Positions 19,801-28,085 of a stretch of DNA of 64,000 nucleotides are shown piece after piece (the first letter of the stretch is position 1; the number at the start of each line of letters is the position of its first letter). A program made the position numbers and the translations under genes. Below the pieces are notes generated by a model, which ran no database searches, was not told the origin of the DNA, and saw only the letters and a program-made list of their open reading frames with translations. Source of the DNA: a virus (Duplodnaviria > Caudoviricetes); the IMG/VR virus record IMGVR_UViG_3300014205_005221, positions 122,051-186,050 of that record. One strand, 5' to 3'.

Positions 19801-22800
19801 TTGCGCCAGCTTGCCGGACATCGTTTCACCCTGATCAAAATCGATGTCGGCAAAAAAGTCCTGCATCTCCTTGATCTGCGCCTGCGACGCCAGCACACCC
19901 TGGATACCCGGGCTGGCGTGCGGAACCTCGGGCAGATCCGCAGCCGGGTTCGGAACAGGAGGGTGATCTGTCTGGTGCTTATCCAGAGCATCCTGCAGCA
20001 GCGCGATCACAGCAGGCTTGAGCTTGCCGTAATGAACCTTGCCGTTGCCTCCCTTGAAAGAATCAGTCAACGGAGACGTGTTGGCGTGTCCCTGCAGGTC
20101 GACACCCGACAGCGGGGAACCAATAGCCTTGAGCGGCTTCTTCACACCGGTCTCAGACTTAGGCGACTTCTGCAGCGCGTCAAGCGCTTCCGCCACCGCC
20201 TGCGGGGTGACCGGAACACCGCCGAACGAAATGAAACCCGGAGACGCAGGCGCGTGCGTGTGTCCAGAGCCCTGCGGATCCACCGCGTGCAGCGCAGCGT
20301 GGATCGCTTCATGATCAGAAAGCCCGAGCGAGGACTGATGCTCTTCGAGACCGTGCGACTCCTGCAGGTGCGCCACGGCGGGAGCGGCATCCAACGGCGT
20401 AGCACCGGTCTGCTGATGCGCCTTCTGCAACGCGGCAATCAGAGCAGGCTTGGTCTTGTTGTTGTAGTACGCCTTGTACGGCGCGGCTACCTCGTGGAAC
20501 TTGCCTGCCGCCAGCGGGGATCCCACGCGCTTGAGGTCCGCCGCGACGTTGCCCGACGGGTTCGCAGACAGAGCGTTGATCGCCTGCTCCAGCTGCGTCG
20601 ACGTCATCTCGAACCCACCGACCAACGCCTTCCCCGAACCCGGGAGAGGCTGGGTGTTCTGGATCGACACGCCCTCGTCAGTGACGTTGTTGAGGCCCGA
20701 AAGCAGCTGCGCGCGAGCAGCCGGATTGTCCGCGCCGCCGACCTTCTTCGCCTGCACACCCGCGCCCTGCGGGTTGTACTTGATCAGATCACCATCGGGC
20801 TGCAGGACGTAGAGCGTGTCCTTGGACTTGCCCGACTTGTAGACCTGCGAGCCCTCCTCCATCTGCACGGAGTGCGCGCCGACCGAAAACAACGACGGAC
20901 CGTTCTTGACCACACCGCCAGGACCGCCCTCGGGCGCTTCAGGCTGGCTGAACTTCGGACGCACCGGAGCGGACATATCCTCGACGACATCACCGGTCTC
21001 AGGGTCCGTCACCGGCTCGGCATCCGCCGGGACAGCAGGCGCGCGACCGTCGAGACCGAACTCCTTGATGTCTTTTAGAATTCGCTTGTCACGGTTGACA
21101 TTCAGGAGACTCTCGGCTTCCTCCACAGAGACCTTCTTGACCGAAGCAGTCTCCGAGCCTCCCGGCTCGTACGGAGAAGCGTCATCGGGCAGCGGCTGAC
21201 CGCCGGTCCGCTTTCCGACGTACATGCGGACCTTGCCGCCGCCGGAGCGCTTGAAGTCGCCAAGATATCCGGTGATGTCTCCTTCGAGACCGGTCTCTTC
21301 CCACAGCTCCTTATGTGCGTTCTGCTGCGGAGAAAGATTGGCTTCGATACCGCCCTTGGGAAACGTGTGCTCGTAACCTGCGTAGTGATCCTTGGGCTCG
21401 TAAATCCAGATGTAACCGTCAGGCTCGATCAGCGCGATGCCCGTAGCCATCCGGCCCTCGGTGTCCGGCAACGCAGGCTCACCCGGGATCGCGACATCCG
21501 GCTTGGCCGTGAAGTCCGGCATCTTCTGACCGTTGGCGTTCTTCTTGGACTGCGGACGATCGCCAGGCTCGGAAGTGTTCTGCGATCCCGAGGATCCCGA
21601 AGCGTTCTGCTGTCCAAGGACATTCTGCTGCTCTGGGGCCGGGATTCCCTTGGGGACAGCCTTGCCACGATCGCCGGGCTCGGCCTGATTTGGAATCGAC
21701 GGAGCTTCAGGAGCAGAGCCCCCGCCCGCCTTAGACGCGTTGAACTTGCGCTGCCAATCCTCATTGAAATCGTCGTCTTCAACTTCGTCGACATCACCGA
21801 GGCTGCCGTTTGCAATCTGCTTTACCGCCACCTGTTGCAGCGGAAAACTCTTCTTAAAGTCAGACTTGTAAATTTCACCAGTTCCGTCTGGATTAACCTT
21901 TACTCCACCCCAGTTGGAATTATCAGTGAAAACGTAAGAACCCTCTGGGAGCGTTCCATTCTTCTTCAGATCCTCATTCATTTCCATGAGCGGACCCGGA
22001 CCATCGGGATCCGGAACATCAGGATCGTCAGAAATTTTTGTTACTGTTCCGTACTGCTTGTGCAGAGAAAGGAACTGAGCTGTCTTAGCTTTATCGCTAT
22101 CGACAGTCTCACCCTTGTGAATAGAAGTAGAAGAACCATCCTGGTGAACAATAACCTGAGTATCTTCATCACCAGGCATGTCAACTTTATAAGTGCCTGG
22201 CTTCCAGTTCAGGTCGATAGAACCGCCCTTGGGCGTGGCCTTATCCGCCGCCTTCTGAGCCTTGTTGATGGCCTTAGCCTGCTTAGCAGAAACCTGCTTC
22301 ACATTTGGCGAAGGCAGTGCTCCACCAACATCCGGAATCTTCATTCCAGTCTTAGTGTCGTAGTAATAGCCCGACACGTGCTGAAGATGACCGTTGACCA
22401 TTCGCGTGTACGCCTTCACGTGCACGATCGTGGCCGCAATATAGTCGTCTCGATCTTCAGGAGACACAGTCATCGCCCACTTGGCGTACGCCTGCATTCC
22501 CTGCGCGGTCAGTCCGACCGTCGGCGCGCTAGCCGGGAAGTAGATCACCAGCGAGCAGCGACAGTTTGGGTGACGCGGAGGCGTACTCAACACCTTGGTG
22601 TAGGGAACCGGCTCAGAATCAGGAACCTCGAACGGCTCTCCGAGCGGCACGTGCTGACCGTGCAAACGAGTACACATGGGGCACGGAGGGTTCACCAAAT
22701 CGAAGCGAGCCACCCACAGCTTGTGTGCTGTCTCAGAAAGCAGCTCCGCCAACGCTTGCAGGAACTGCTCGGTAGCCGCACCACGACCCGCCTGCACCGC

Positions 22801-23247
22801 CGAGACAACCGCCAGCTCCGCGCGGCGCAGCATCTCCGCGAGCGCCTTAGCCTTGTCCTTGGCACCCTTGGCTACCGCAACCTGGCCAGCCAGGAAATCC
22901 GTGACCAGCTGCGTGCCCAGCTCCTCGCTGGAGAACACCACCGTGTCCATGAGCGCGGTCGGCAGATCCAACGCCTCCGCCTGCGCCCGGCCGAACCGAG
23001 CACCCTCATCGACACCCGCCGACAGCGCACGACGGATGAGCGCCACCGAACCCGCGAGCAACGCAGTGGTGACCAGCGGAGAGCCATCTTCCTCTGACTG
23101 CGCGTCGGTCAACCGCTGGCCGTAGAGCACCCGCATGTCCGCCACAAACTGCTGCTCCGCCGCAGCCGCGAACGTGCGCGAGGTATCCACCAGACCCAGC
23201 AGCTCTACGAGATCCTGCTCGATCGGCGTCAAAGCCGGGGTGGTCAC
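13882..23247 (-). CDS. Giant MuF-family head protein with Nudix, HipA/PI3-4-kinase-like and C-terminal ADP-ribosyltransferase-like domains
   Basis: CPMC..LHG...PPRHPNCRC (MuF); FPKGG...AHKELWEETG (Nudix); LGGG..FLFK..E..NDDAHGNNFL..IDIARSF (kinase); THSI..ILRTGGLWS..NETM (ART-like); follows the portal gene. Confidence 0.8.
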   Translation of the reverse strand: MTTPALTPIEQDLVELLGLVDTSRTFAAAAEQQFVADMRVLYGQRLTDAQSEEDGSPLVTTALLAGSVALIRRALSAGVDEGARFGRAQAEALDLPTALMDTVVFSSEELGTQLVTDFLAGQVAVAKGAKDKAKALAEMLRRAELAVVSAVQAGRGAATEQFLQALAELLSETAHKLWVARFDLVNPPCPMCTRLHGQHVPLGEPFEVPDSEPVPYTKVLSTPPRHPNCRCSLVIYFPASAPTVGLTAQGMQAYAKWAMTVSPEDRDDYIAATIVHVKAYTRMVNGHLQHVSGYYYDTKTGMKIPDVGGALPSPNVKQVSAKQAKAINKAQKAADKATPKGGSIDLNWKPGTYKVDMPGDEDTQVIVHQDGSSTSIHKGETVDSDKAKTAQFLSLHKQYGTVTKISDDPDVPDPDGPGPLMEMNEDLKKNGTLPEGSYVFTDNSNWGGVKVNPDGTGEIYKSDFKKSFPLQQVAVKQIANGSLGDVDEVEDDDFNEDWQRKFNASKAGGGSAPEAPSIPNQAEPGDRGKAVPKGIPAPEQQNVLGQQNASGSSGSQNTSEPGDRPQSKKNANGQKMPDFTAKPDVAIPGEPALPDTEGRMATGIALIEPDGYIWIYEPKDHYAGYEHTFPKGGIEANLSPQQNAHKELWEETGLEGDITGYLGDFKRSGGGKVRMYVGKRTGGQPLPDDASPYEPGGSETASVKKVSVEEAESLLNVNRDKRILKDIKEFGLDGRAPAVPADAEPVTDPETGDVVEDMSAPVRPKFSQPEAPEGGPGGVVKNGPSLFSVGAHSVQMEEGSQVYKSGKSKDTLYVLQPDGDLIKYNPQGAGVQAKKVGGADNPAARAQLLSGLNNVTDEGVSIQNTQPLPGSGKALVGGFEMTSTQLEQAINALSANPSGNVAADLKRVGSPLAAGKFHEVAAPYKAYYNNKTKPALIAALQKAHQQTGATPLDAAPAVAHLQESHGLEEHQSSLGLSDHEAIHAALHAVDPQGSGHTHAPASPGFISFGGVPVTPQAVAEALDALQKSPKSETGVKKPLKAIGSPLSGVDLQGHANTSPLTDSFKGGNGKVHYGKLKPAVIALLQDALDKHQTDHPPVPNPAADLPEVPHASPGIQGVLASQAQIKEMQDFFADIDFDQGETMSGKLAQVGHNPLAYGVDWSEFVGRTPAHEMNKVLFDGLNDYLNVKTRPGQNGPVETPGPDDSPKVQLGTVEASVNELQLLKSLWDGPPLGLDPDGQFYTLMGHLPAGHPFKGMGQNGFGASLGVDSHLDSAPWKQAVSDALQKHMDDAVLQLNNPPEAPTAPSTVSVAGKSVTKQEILDAIDAVKNSSSTSVKAPLKAIDSPLAKADLKTFIEADPLSAPFKGGNGKVHYGKLKEAVIAVLQGKADNMASNPTPVTGPDSDPDVTPVDVGAPDPVEDFFSGPPTTNVSGGSLSLQELVKNAKDTDGIFDNSFADAFQQAHKTGETHFWSSSGYIDTDDGYFEGGTYFEINPEENSVVEINDGDFKNLSSAQIADKIGDKFQTSGLGTDLAGSELPEVGFYTSPGGMALKVYPDGTAHSINTSSGQTVHMTDSDLVKSMLELGTWDKLSDLPTDPNAVYVNRVQVGHYASGTSTYSVYPDGSVLIATPSGESMAHIDVVKPYLTSEGIAPTALQVSPDSWMTEALKDPNGFLIGDYKHQYNGNVFKVGENGPEGISPSFFAMNLMDDTLSFQTHTAVFQGDLEDSGPPSLEDQAGAALQSPYLGDLVAKAGNASMQDAWAPTTTPFSQAFQTAAKNNQFVYLTGLGQGNLLSTGAAPQVAHYKFDPDGLVQKIDADGSVLKVYSPEELVSKLDSVYDGPSVAPAVDPVPNTPDAPDEVSPDGYWNGVQLGTWTDGEGMHVTLDASGPNMDIDEFMNAVESGDMFWVPPQNSPVASTPSHMFDADAPVLQPFMVAGHIRPDWVEKPVLLASAKKWAKDSGFENIAAKHLNSSTKKEDLVAWMYAWANGEWDKAYEIESKKVQQHGKRKVHPGSPENPVNASGFVKKKMPPLVSGEIPAGIKVDGSWPNTDSWHLWQSETVDAYLLAANMQHPTGLSSSQKRSWAIAHASGNKLGTDSLSYLGQKNVNEGDIHSSPILPSVEKYAPGYAVPLPEGFPEMDYSKVAVQGWNNSQLDTYLNHVGVSDKSVEFLTSQTPEVKAQLVALHAVAAAPEGSATFKSPAFAKQQMQDLLGKIYEDSHYNVPALLGFVHDALKLEKKTYTMNAEQPPLGGGSSSEIWQLTDEQGNPFLFKVAPEKFRAEIEHASHKLAELAGFRVAASELGTFNGKFGQFQAKVPSQGTLMNTDPVDLPISALKDLMAAHVQDWATANDDAHGNNFLLMPDGKRVMPIDIARSFVRFGKPGSMQLKVGQLSDWTTPYYDKVYKAALSGKYSDADVDSLYLASMAQARKTSSVSDASWGSTITEGLQNRTNFGWTSAKDLPDLVSQALARKNALSEDFEKFWDGIYSQLGREKPAKSQSLGKHVFSGFSEDHLTRVKEAGHAGASTFFGGNALEENYVLAQEVKTSQGGTELHMTALVRKQADKELRKWLVARAGNTVTVGDVSDSYQKTEFLSNAGATSYSQFSLAAAKTVSHHNGLGDQNFNSSHMANFNTMKADVEKKLAEVESGIYPSQFADWTEAKETYKNLLSYYDGKIKDVQRLIDFGGQSKHGDFDPFPFEPPKRPAITPEIAAPSDGFKVKKVVSYYEQGSIDDDGNMVLNGSKPSGWNSQILQSGTTYVVELPDGTEIEYRSWHDEDGVRRSQQGGLKIKVRNYDGTHTGTEAAMTALQQMGLDLSAAEDTDMELFYWRHLYGVLTDRRDQGQGKHKDVVDYVRDNLPGGTEGTPALQAKEELERWREAWSRLTSKEQVKEFVDKQKYMPKFSHPNVARPEVVGGNPYWDRFDADWEYLKNKPFATHSIGMGDMRTILRTGGLWSNEARPRMMGKVIEGQSSPPDITNGAGHFNFVRTNQTGNNFDYSQIYVNPRVLAKTTNYSFKGDGWGKIDNRKIKSDFSLEKATSIQDHNETMIKHGISVLDDIELAVFNSQSERQAFIDYLKSKGVTNIRGLTIEDRFVVAAGKAEALAKVKAAALAWNPDEEDD

Positions 23248-24872
23248 TACGCACCTGCCATCGCGCTCAAGGCGCTGTCGATCGCGTCACGGTCAGTGTT
23301 GTCGAGAGCGACGAACTCGGGAGCGAGATACGTCGAAGCCGACGGAAGGCCCTCAGAAGACAGCTGAGAGGGCAATGCGGGCAGCTGAGGCGTAGGCGCG
23401 GGAGCACCCCCCGGAAGCGCAGCCTGACCCGGCATTCCCATGGGCTGGTTACCCGGGATGAACTGCTGCTGCGGGGCCACACCCGGCTGCTGATCTGCAG
23501 GCACCGTAGGGATGGGCTGGAACGGCGGCTCCATCGGAGGGGCTCCGACACCGGCCATGAAGTGCTTCACGGTCTCATCGGTCTGCTTCTTCAGCAGCTC
23601 ATCGAGCTTCTCGTACTCGATGTCAAGGCCCATCTCACCCGCCATGTACTTCTCCAGCTCCAGCATGAACCGGCGAGTCACGTTGGCGCCCTGGCCAGCA
23701 GAAGAAAGCTTGTCAAACGTGTTCTTGATGGCCTCTTTTTGCTCTTCAGAAAACGGGCCAAACTTCAGCTTTGGATACTTGTCGTTCTTAAAGTTCCAGT
23801 CAATGAATCGCGGAGTGAGCCAATCGTTAAAAATAGTTTCTAACTCGTTAATAATGACATTGACCAGCACCAAATACATCGAGTCGTTAGGGCCGCCGAA
23901 CGACACCAACGGAGAACCGCCACCCTGCTGATCGTCCAGGAACGGCGCCAACACCGACTTACTCATCTGGCTGTTGTGGTGATTGATGAAATCCATGAAC
24001 GGGAACTCACCCGGGGAACGGCCGAGATCCTCCACCGACCAGCCAATATCCGGAACCGTCACCGACTGCGCAAGGCCGAAGTCCTGCAACGCCATGCGGA
24101 ACTGGCTGATCTCCTTGGGAGAGGCCGACGTCGGGTACTTGCCCAGACGCGACCCCACCGCACGGTGCTGCGCCGCGAGGTGCGCCAAGTAGTACAGCTT
24201 GATCTTCTTATCGTAGTGATAAAAAGCAGCGTTAAAGTAAGAAACTCCGTAGAACGGATTCTCTTCCTCGGAGCACGCGTAATAGATCGAGTTCTTGGCT
24301 TCGATCTTCTCGTCGATGACTCGGCCATTCGGAGTCACGGTGCGCTGACGGAACCCGTCGTACTCACCCTGCTCATCGACCGCGAACGACACAGTATCCG
24401 AAGGACGATACGCGATCTTGTCGAGCGTGTACTTACCCTCCAGCGGACCCTTGCGCGGGCGCGTGTAGACCAGCTCGAAAGGCGCAAACCCGTCCACCGT
24501 CGCCAGCAGCATCTGCGAGACAACTCGATTGAACGGCGTACGCATACCGCCATTCACCGCAGGCAAGGTGTAGAGATTCGTGATGAACTCCGCCTCCTTG
24601 TCCCCGCCATCCGCCGGAACCCAGGACGCACGCTTCGCCGCCGCGCGGGCGGGCATGGTGAGCAGCCGGTACAGCGCACGCGCCTGGCCATCTTGGCGAC
24701 GCATCTCTGTCAGCTGCTTCACCGTGGGAACGTCGTTGCGCCCCAGCAGGTACGAACCCTTGGAGTCGAAGCCCTCGGCGAACGGCATACCCGCCAGCCG
24801 AATACCCATCTCCTCATTAAGCTCAGAGTTTTTGGGCTTGACCATTTCGGTGACATTGTCGGGCTTTGCCAC
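23247..24872 (-). CDS. Portal protein (DUF935/Mu gp29-like)
   Basis: Between terminase and MuF; NPFYGVSYF..A..HY..K, HHNSQMSKSVL, IDWNF..YP. Confidence 0.85.
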   Translation of the reverse strand: MAKPDNVTEMVKPKNSELNEEMGIRLAGMPFAEGFDSKGSYLLGRNDVPTVKQLTEMRRQDGQARALYRLLTMPARAAAKRASWVPADGGDKEAEFITNLYTLPAVNGGMRTPFNRVVSQMLLATVDGFAPFELVYTRPRKGPLEGKYTLDKIAYRPSDTVSFAVDEQGEYDGFRQRTVTPNGRVIDEKIEAKNSIYYACSEEENPFYGVSYFNAAFYHYDKKIKLYYLAHLAAQHRAVGSRLGKYPTSASPKEISQFRMALQDFGLAQSVTVPDIGWSVEDLGRSPGEFPFMDFINHHNSQMSKSVLAPFLDDQQGGGSPLVSFGGPNDSMYLVLVNVIINELETIFNDWLTPRFIDWNFKNDKYPKLKFGPFSEEQKEAIKNTFDKLSSAGQGANVTRRFMLELEKYMAGEMGLDIEYEKLDELLKKQTDETVKHFMAGVGAPPMEPPFQPIPTVPADQQPGVAPQQQFIPGNQPMGMPGQAALPGGAPAPTPQLPALPSQLSSEGLPSASTYLAPEFVALDNTDRDAIDSALSAMAGA

Positions 24873-24888
24873 CGACTACCTCCAAAGA

Positions 24889-26784
24889 TTACAGTCCGGG
24901 CAACTTAAAGCTGTTGCCTGTCTGCATGCCGCGCCACACATCCTCCGCTCCAACAGGAGCATCACCGGCCGCGCTCGACACCCAAAACAGGTCTTGGGGG
25001 TCTTCGTCTGGATCCGTCGTCTCCTCGGCCCCGCCCGTCGTCACGGCGGTGATGACCGCGCCGCAGACAGCATCGGATAAATCCTTAGACCCGCCCGGAG
25101 GATGATCGATCTTGCGCTTCTTGGGATCCTGCTGAAGATGCAGCAGCTCATTGCGCAGCAGACGGCTGTAGGGAATCTCAACCCGACCCTCTTCGACCAG
25201 GCTGCGGAACTGCCGGTACGGCTCATCGGTGCGGTCCATCGACAACAGCGGAGCCTCAATGCCGCCGACCTGAAGGATCTGTCGGTTGTCGACGCTCTGC
25301 CATCCGTCCATCGACGCCGCGCGGATCGGGAAGCCTCGCTGCTGCAGCTCGAACACCAACTGTCGATAGAAGCGAAGCTGGATCTCGCGGGGAGGATCCG
25401 ATTCCAGGTCCGCCTCCAGAGCAATTGCGGTGTCCACCTTCACCACCGGGCGCTCATCCCAGACGAGCTGACCGTTGTACTCCGGATCCTTGCGTGCGAA
25501 CTTGTCCCAGCTCACGACGTGCGCCATGGCGAACCCGGCACGATCACCGTTAAGCGCAAGGTCGCAGTGAGTGGCATACGTAGCGCCGGGGATAGGCTTC
25601 AGCGACTGCGGAATGACAAAGCGAGGGTGCCATCCACCCTGCGCGAACTCCCAGTGGACCTCGATCTCGGGAGTGTCGACCATCGCCGAGTCGACCGAAT
25701 TCTCGGAACGGAAATACGGCGGGAGCATGGTGCGCTCGGGCATGCACAGATACGCCGCGCGAGCCCATTCCGGTTCCGCCTCGAAGTCCGCCACCAGCTC
25801 TTCAGGAACCGGGACCGGAGAGATCTCCTTCTCCAGCTCCACGAATGTCGTGCGCGCCAGCAGCGGATTGAACTCCCACGACGGCATAGGGCCGACGATG
25901 AAGTGCTTAGAATCCGCACCCTTGCGCTCGATGTCTTGCTTAGACTCAGCATGCAGCTGCAGAATCGGCGATCCGTGATACCGGGGATACGAAATGCGAA
26001 CGTTCTTGAATGTTCGTGGAAAACGAGTCACCGCCGAGGAACGCAGCATCTTGATGATGCCCTCCGCAGAACGCATCGGGGTGCGGGTACCGCCGCTTCC
26101 CGTGCGGGCGATGTCATCAGCAGTGCGGAACGCATCGATCTCGTCCGCCACACCGAGAATCAGGTTCAGACCCTCCTGGGTCTCTGCATCCGAGGATCCA
26201 GACACCGACTCCAGGCCACGCGCCCACTCGATCGTATTCTTCTTAGGATCACACTTGTCCGCAAACCACCCCTTGCGGACAATTCGAGTCATAGGCTCGA
26301 AATACGCACGGCGTGCCTGATCCTTGGTAGAAGCCACGTTGAGCATGTGGATCGACTCCGAGGACGGCATGCCGAAGTAATCACGCGGGTCCTTGAGACA
26401 CAGCAGCAGATACGAGATGCGCAACGCCATCAGGCGAGCAATCAAGTCCTTGCCGCCACCCTTGCCGACCAGCAACGTCAGGAAGTTCGCCATCGGAATC
26501 GGCGCCCAGTAATCACCGAACTCCGCCTGCATGTGCGGGTACAGCTCCGGGTAATAGACCCGTTCCGCAGCCCGGAGCGCCGTAGCCTGCGGGACAGACA
26601 ACGGAGACATGCCGATGTAATGCTTGTCCGAGATGAAGACGTCCAGCGGGACAGGCTCTTCCGCGAACAAATCATCGCAGACGCCCCGCGCCGTCGACAG
26701 ACGCTCTTCCGAACCGAGCTGGCGCAGCCATTGAGCCGGAGTCAGAGCGTCATTCTGCTCAACGGCACGTAGACGAGGGGGCAT
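24889..26784 (-). CDS. terL: Terminase large subunit
   Basis: Walker A GKGGGKD, Walker B VADEID, RuvC acidic motifs HCDLA, DGWQS, KDLSDA. Confidence 0.92.
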   Translation of the reverse strand: MPPRLRAVEQNDALTPAQWLRQLGSEERLSTARGVCDDLFAEEPVPLDVFISDKHYIGMSPLSVPQATALRAAERVYYPELYPHMQAEFGDYWAPIPMANFLTLLVGKGGGKDLIARLMALRISYLLLCLKDPRDYFGMPSSESIHMLNVASTKDQARRAYFEPMTRIVRKGWFADKCDPKKNTIEWARGLESVSGSSDAETQEGLNLILGVADEIDAFRTADDIARTGSGGTRTPMRSAEGIIKMLRSSAVTRFPRTFKNVRISYPRYHGSPILQLHAESKQDIERKGADSKHFIVGPMPSWEFNPLLARTTFVELEKEISPVPVPEELVADFEAEPEWARAAYLCMPERTMLPPYFRSENSVDSAMVDTPEIEVHWEFAQGGWHPRFVIPQSLKPIPGATYATHCDLALNGDRAGFAMAHVVSWDKFARKDPEYNGQLVWDERPVVKVDTAIALEADLESDPPREIQLRFYRQLVFELQQRGFPIRAASMDGWQSVDNRQILQVGGIEAPLLSMDRTDEPYRQFRSLVEEGRVEIPYSRLLRNELLHLQQDPKKRKIDHPPGGSKDLSDAVCGAVITAVTTGGAEETTDPDEDPQDLFWVSSAAGDAPVGAEDVWRGMQTGNSFKLPGL

Positions 26785-26808
26785 ATCCCAGTCTTCGTGC
26801 AGTCCGTG

Positions 26809-27468
26809 CTAAGCGGTCATCGCGTAGTAGTCCAGAGGACCCGGAATCCACAGCTCCGATGCCAGCCGGTACAACTCACGGCTGAACGAATCCGACGCAG
26901 CTCCGTACTTCTCGCAAAACACAAACCCCTCGGCCAACAGCTCCGGGATGCTCATCGAAGCACGCTGCGAGTACTTCCGAGCAGCCGCAGCGCCCGAGAT
27001 CCCCGACGCCTTCTCCAAGCGTCGCAACACCGCCTGATACCCCGCCTCCAGCGAACTCGGGTACCGACGATGGATGGGCACCTGGAACAGCAGGTGCCCC
27101 CACTCGTGCGTAAGAATGTCTTCCCAACAATCTCCTACGAGAGCGTTGGTTTCACGCAGTCCTAGAAGCTCGACCTCAGACAACGGGTTCAGCAGTTTGC
27201 GCTTGTTGATCTGCAAAACTCCCTCAACGGTAGTCATGCAGAAGGTAGAAGCATGCGCGTAGTCGTCGCCTAGATCTTTAGCGTGAACCTTCTTAATGCC
27301 TGCGGCCAAGTACGGCCACGCTTCACTCAAGTCGTACAGGTGCTGACGAAGCTGAGGAAGACGCGAGTACTTCCGCAACTGCCAGCTAAACGGGATGAGC
27401 AACTCATGCCCGGGAGGACGCGCCGCGCTCGCAATCGGCTTCACCGACGGAAGCAACGACATAGACAT
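26809..27468 (-). CDS. Zincin-like metallopeptidase
   Basis: THEWGH plus downstream E(LLAE); CGGTAT-N9-ATG. Confidence 0.7.
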   Translation of the reverse strand: MSMSLLPSVKPIASAARPPGHELLIPFSWQLRKYSRLPQLRQHLYDLSEAWPYLAAGIKKVHAKDLGDDYAHASTFCMTTVEGVLQINKRKLLNPLSEVELLGLRETNALVGDCWEDILTHEWGHLLFQVPIHRRYPSSLEAGYQAVLRRLEKASGISGAAAARKYSQRASMSIPELLAEGFVFCEKYGAASDSFSRELYRLASELWIPGPLDYYAMTA

Positions 27469-27491
27469 GCGCCCGTTATACCGTACCTACC

Positions 27492-28085
27492 TCATTGTTG
27501 TGCAAGTTTCGCCCATACAATTACGTTCGAGAGGTAACGATGGGCTGCGCGATCCAGCGTTCCGCCGCACGTGATCAAGCGCAGCTCGGCACCAGAAGTG
27601 TTCTGGTACACATCAGCTGTGGGAAATTCATTCTTGTCAATAGTTGACGTTCGGTACACCTCGAACGCCGCGACAGTCCCATCCTCGCGCTGAACCTCAA
27701 TGCGATCACCCTCGACCACGCTCTTGAGGTTGGCGAAGATTCCCTGCTCACCGCCACCGTTGACGTGCCCCAAGATGACGGCCGGTCCCTTAGCGCCCGG
27801 ACGAGGGCCAAGGTTGTACCAGGACGCCAGCATGGGCTGCTCGACCGGAGGCTCCAAATGTCCGCCCCGAGCATCGAGTCCCAGCCCGTCAACCATGACA
27901 GGACCATCGATGTTGCGCGCGAACACCGATACATTCACCGGACGCGGCTGCACACCAGGCAGAACATCAGCAGGCGCAGACTGCGCGGGCGTGCTCGGCG
28001 CGTCCGGAGCCGCTGCAGTCCCACACCCAGCCAGGACTGCAGCGAACACCAGAACAGAGGCCAAAAGCCCCGCTACACGACTCAC
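27492..28085 (-). CDS. Class F sortase, lipoprotein
   Basis: LAGC lipobox; GPRPG..GPAVILGHV; LRLITCGG...Y..NVIV. Confidence 0.92.
   Translation of the reverse strand: MSRVAGLLASVLVFAAVLAGCGTAAAPDAPSTPAQSAPADVLPGVQPRPVNVSVFARNIDGPVMVDGLGLDARGGHLEPPVEQPMLASWYNLGPRPGAKGPAVILGHVNGGGEQGIFANLKSVVEGDRIEVQREDGTVAAFEVYRTSTIDKNEFPTADVYQNTSGAELRLITCGGTLDRAAHRYLSNVIVWAKLAQQ

Noticed and set aside
18841-26772. Long plus-strand ORFs (e.g. 18841..21078, 21313..23097, 25102..26772; also 2622..4067)
   Set aside because: Antisense shadows of high-GC minus-strand genes with clear motifs; no RBS or recognisable domains
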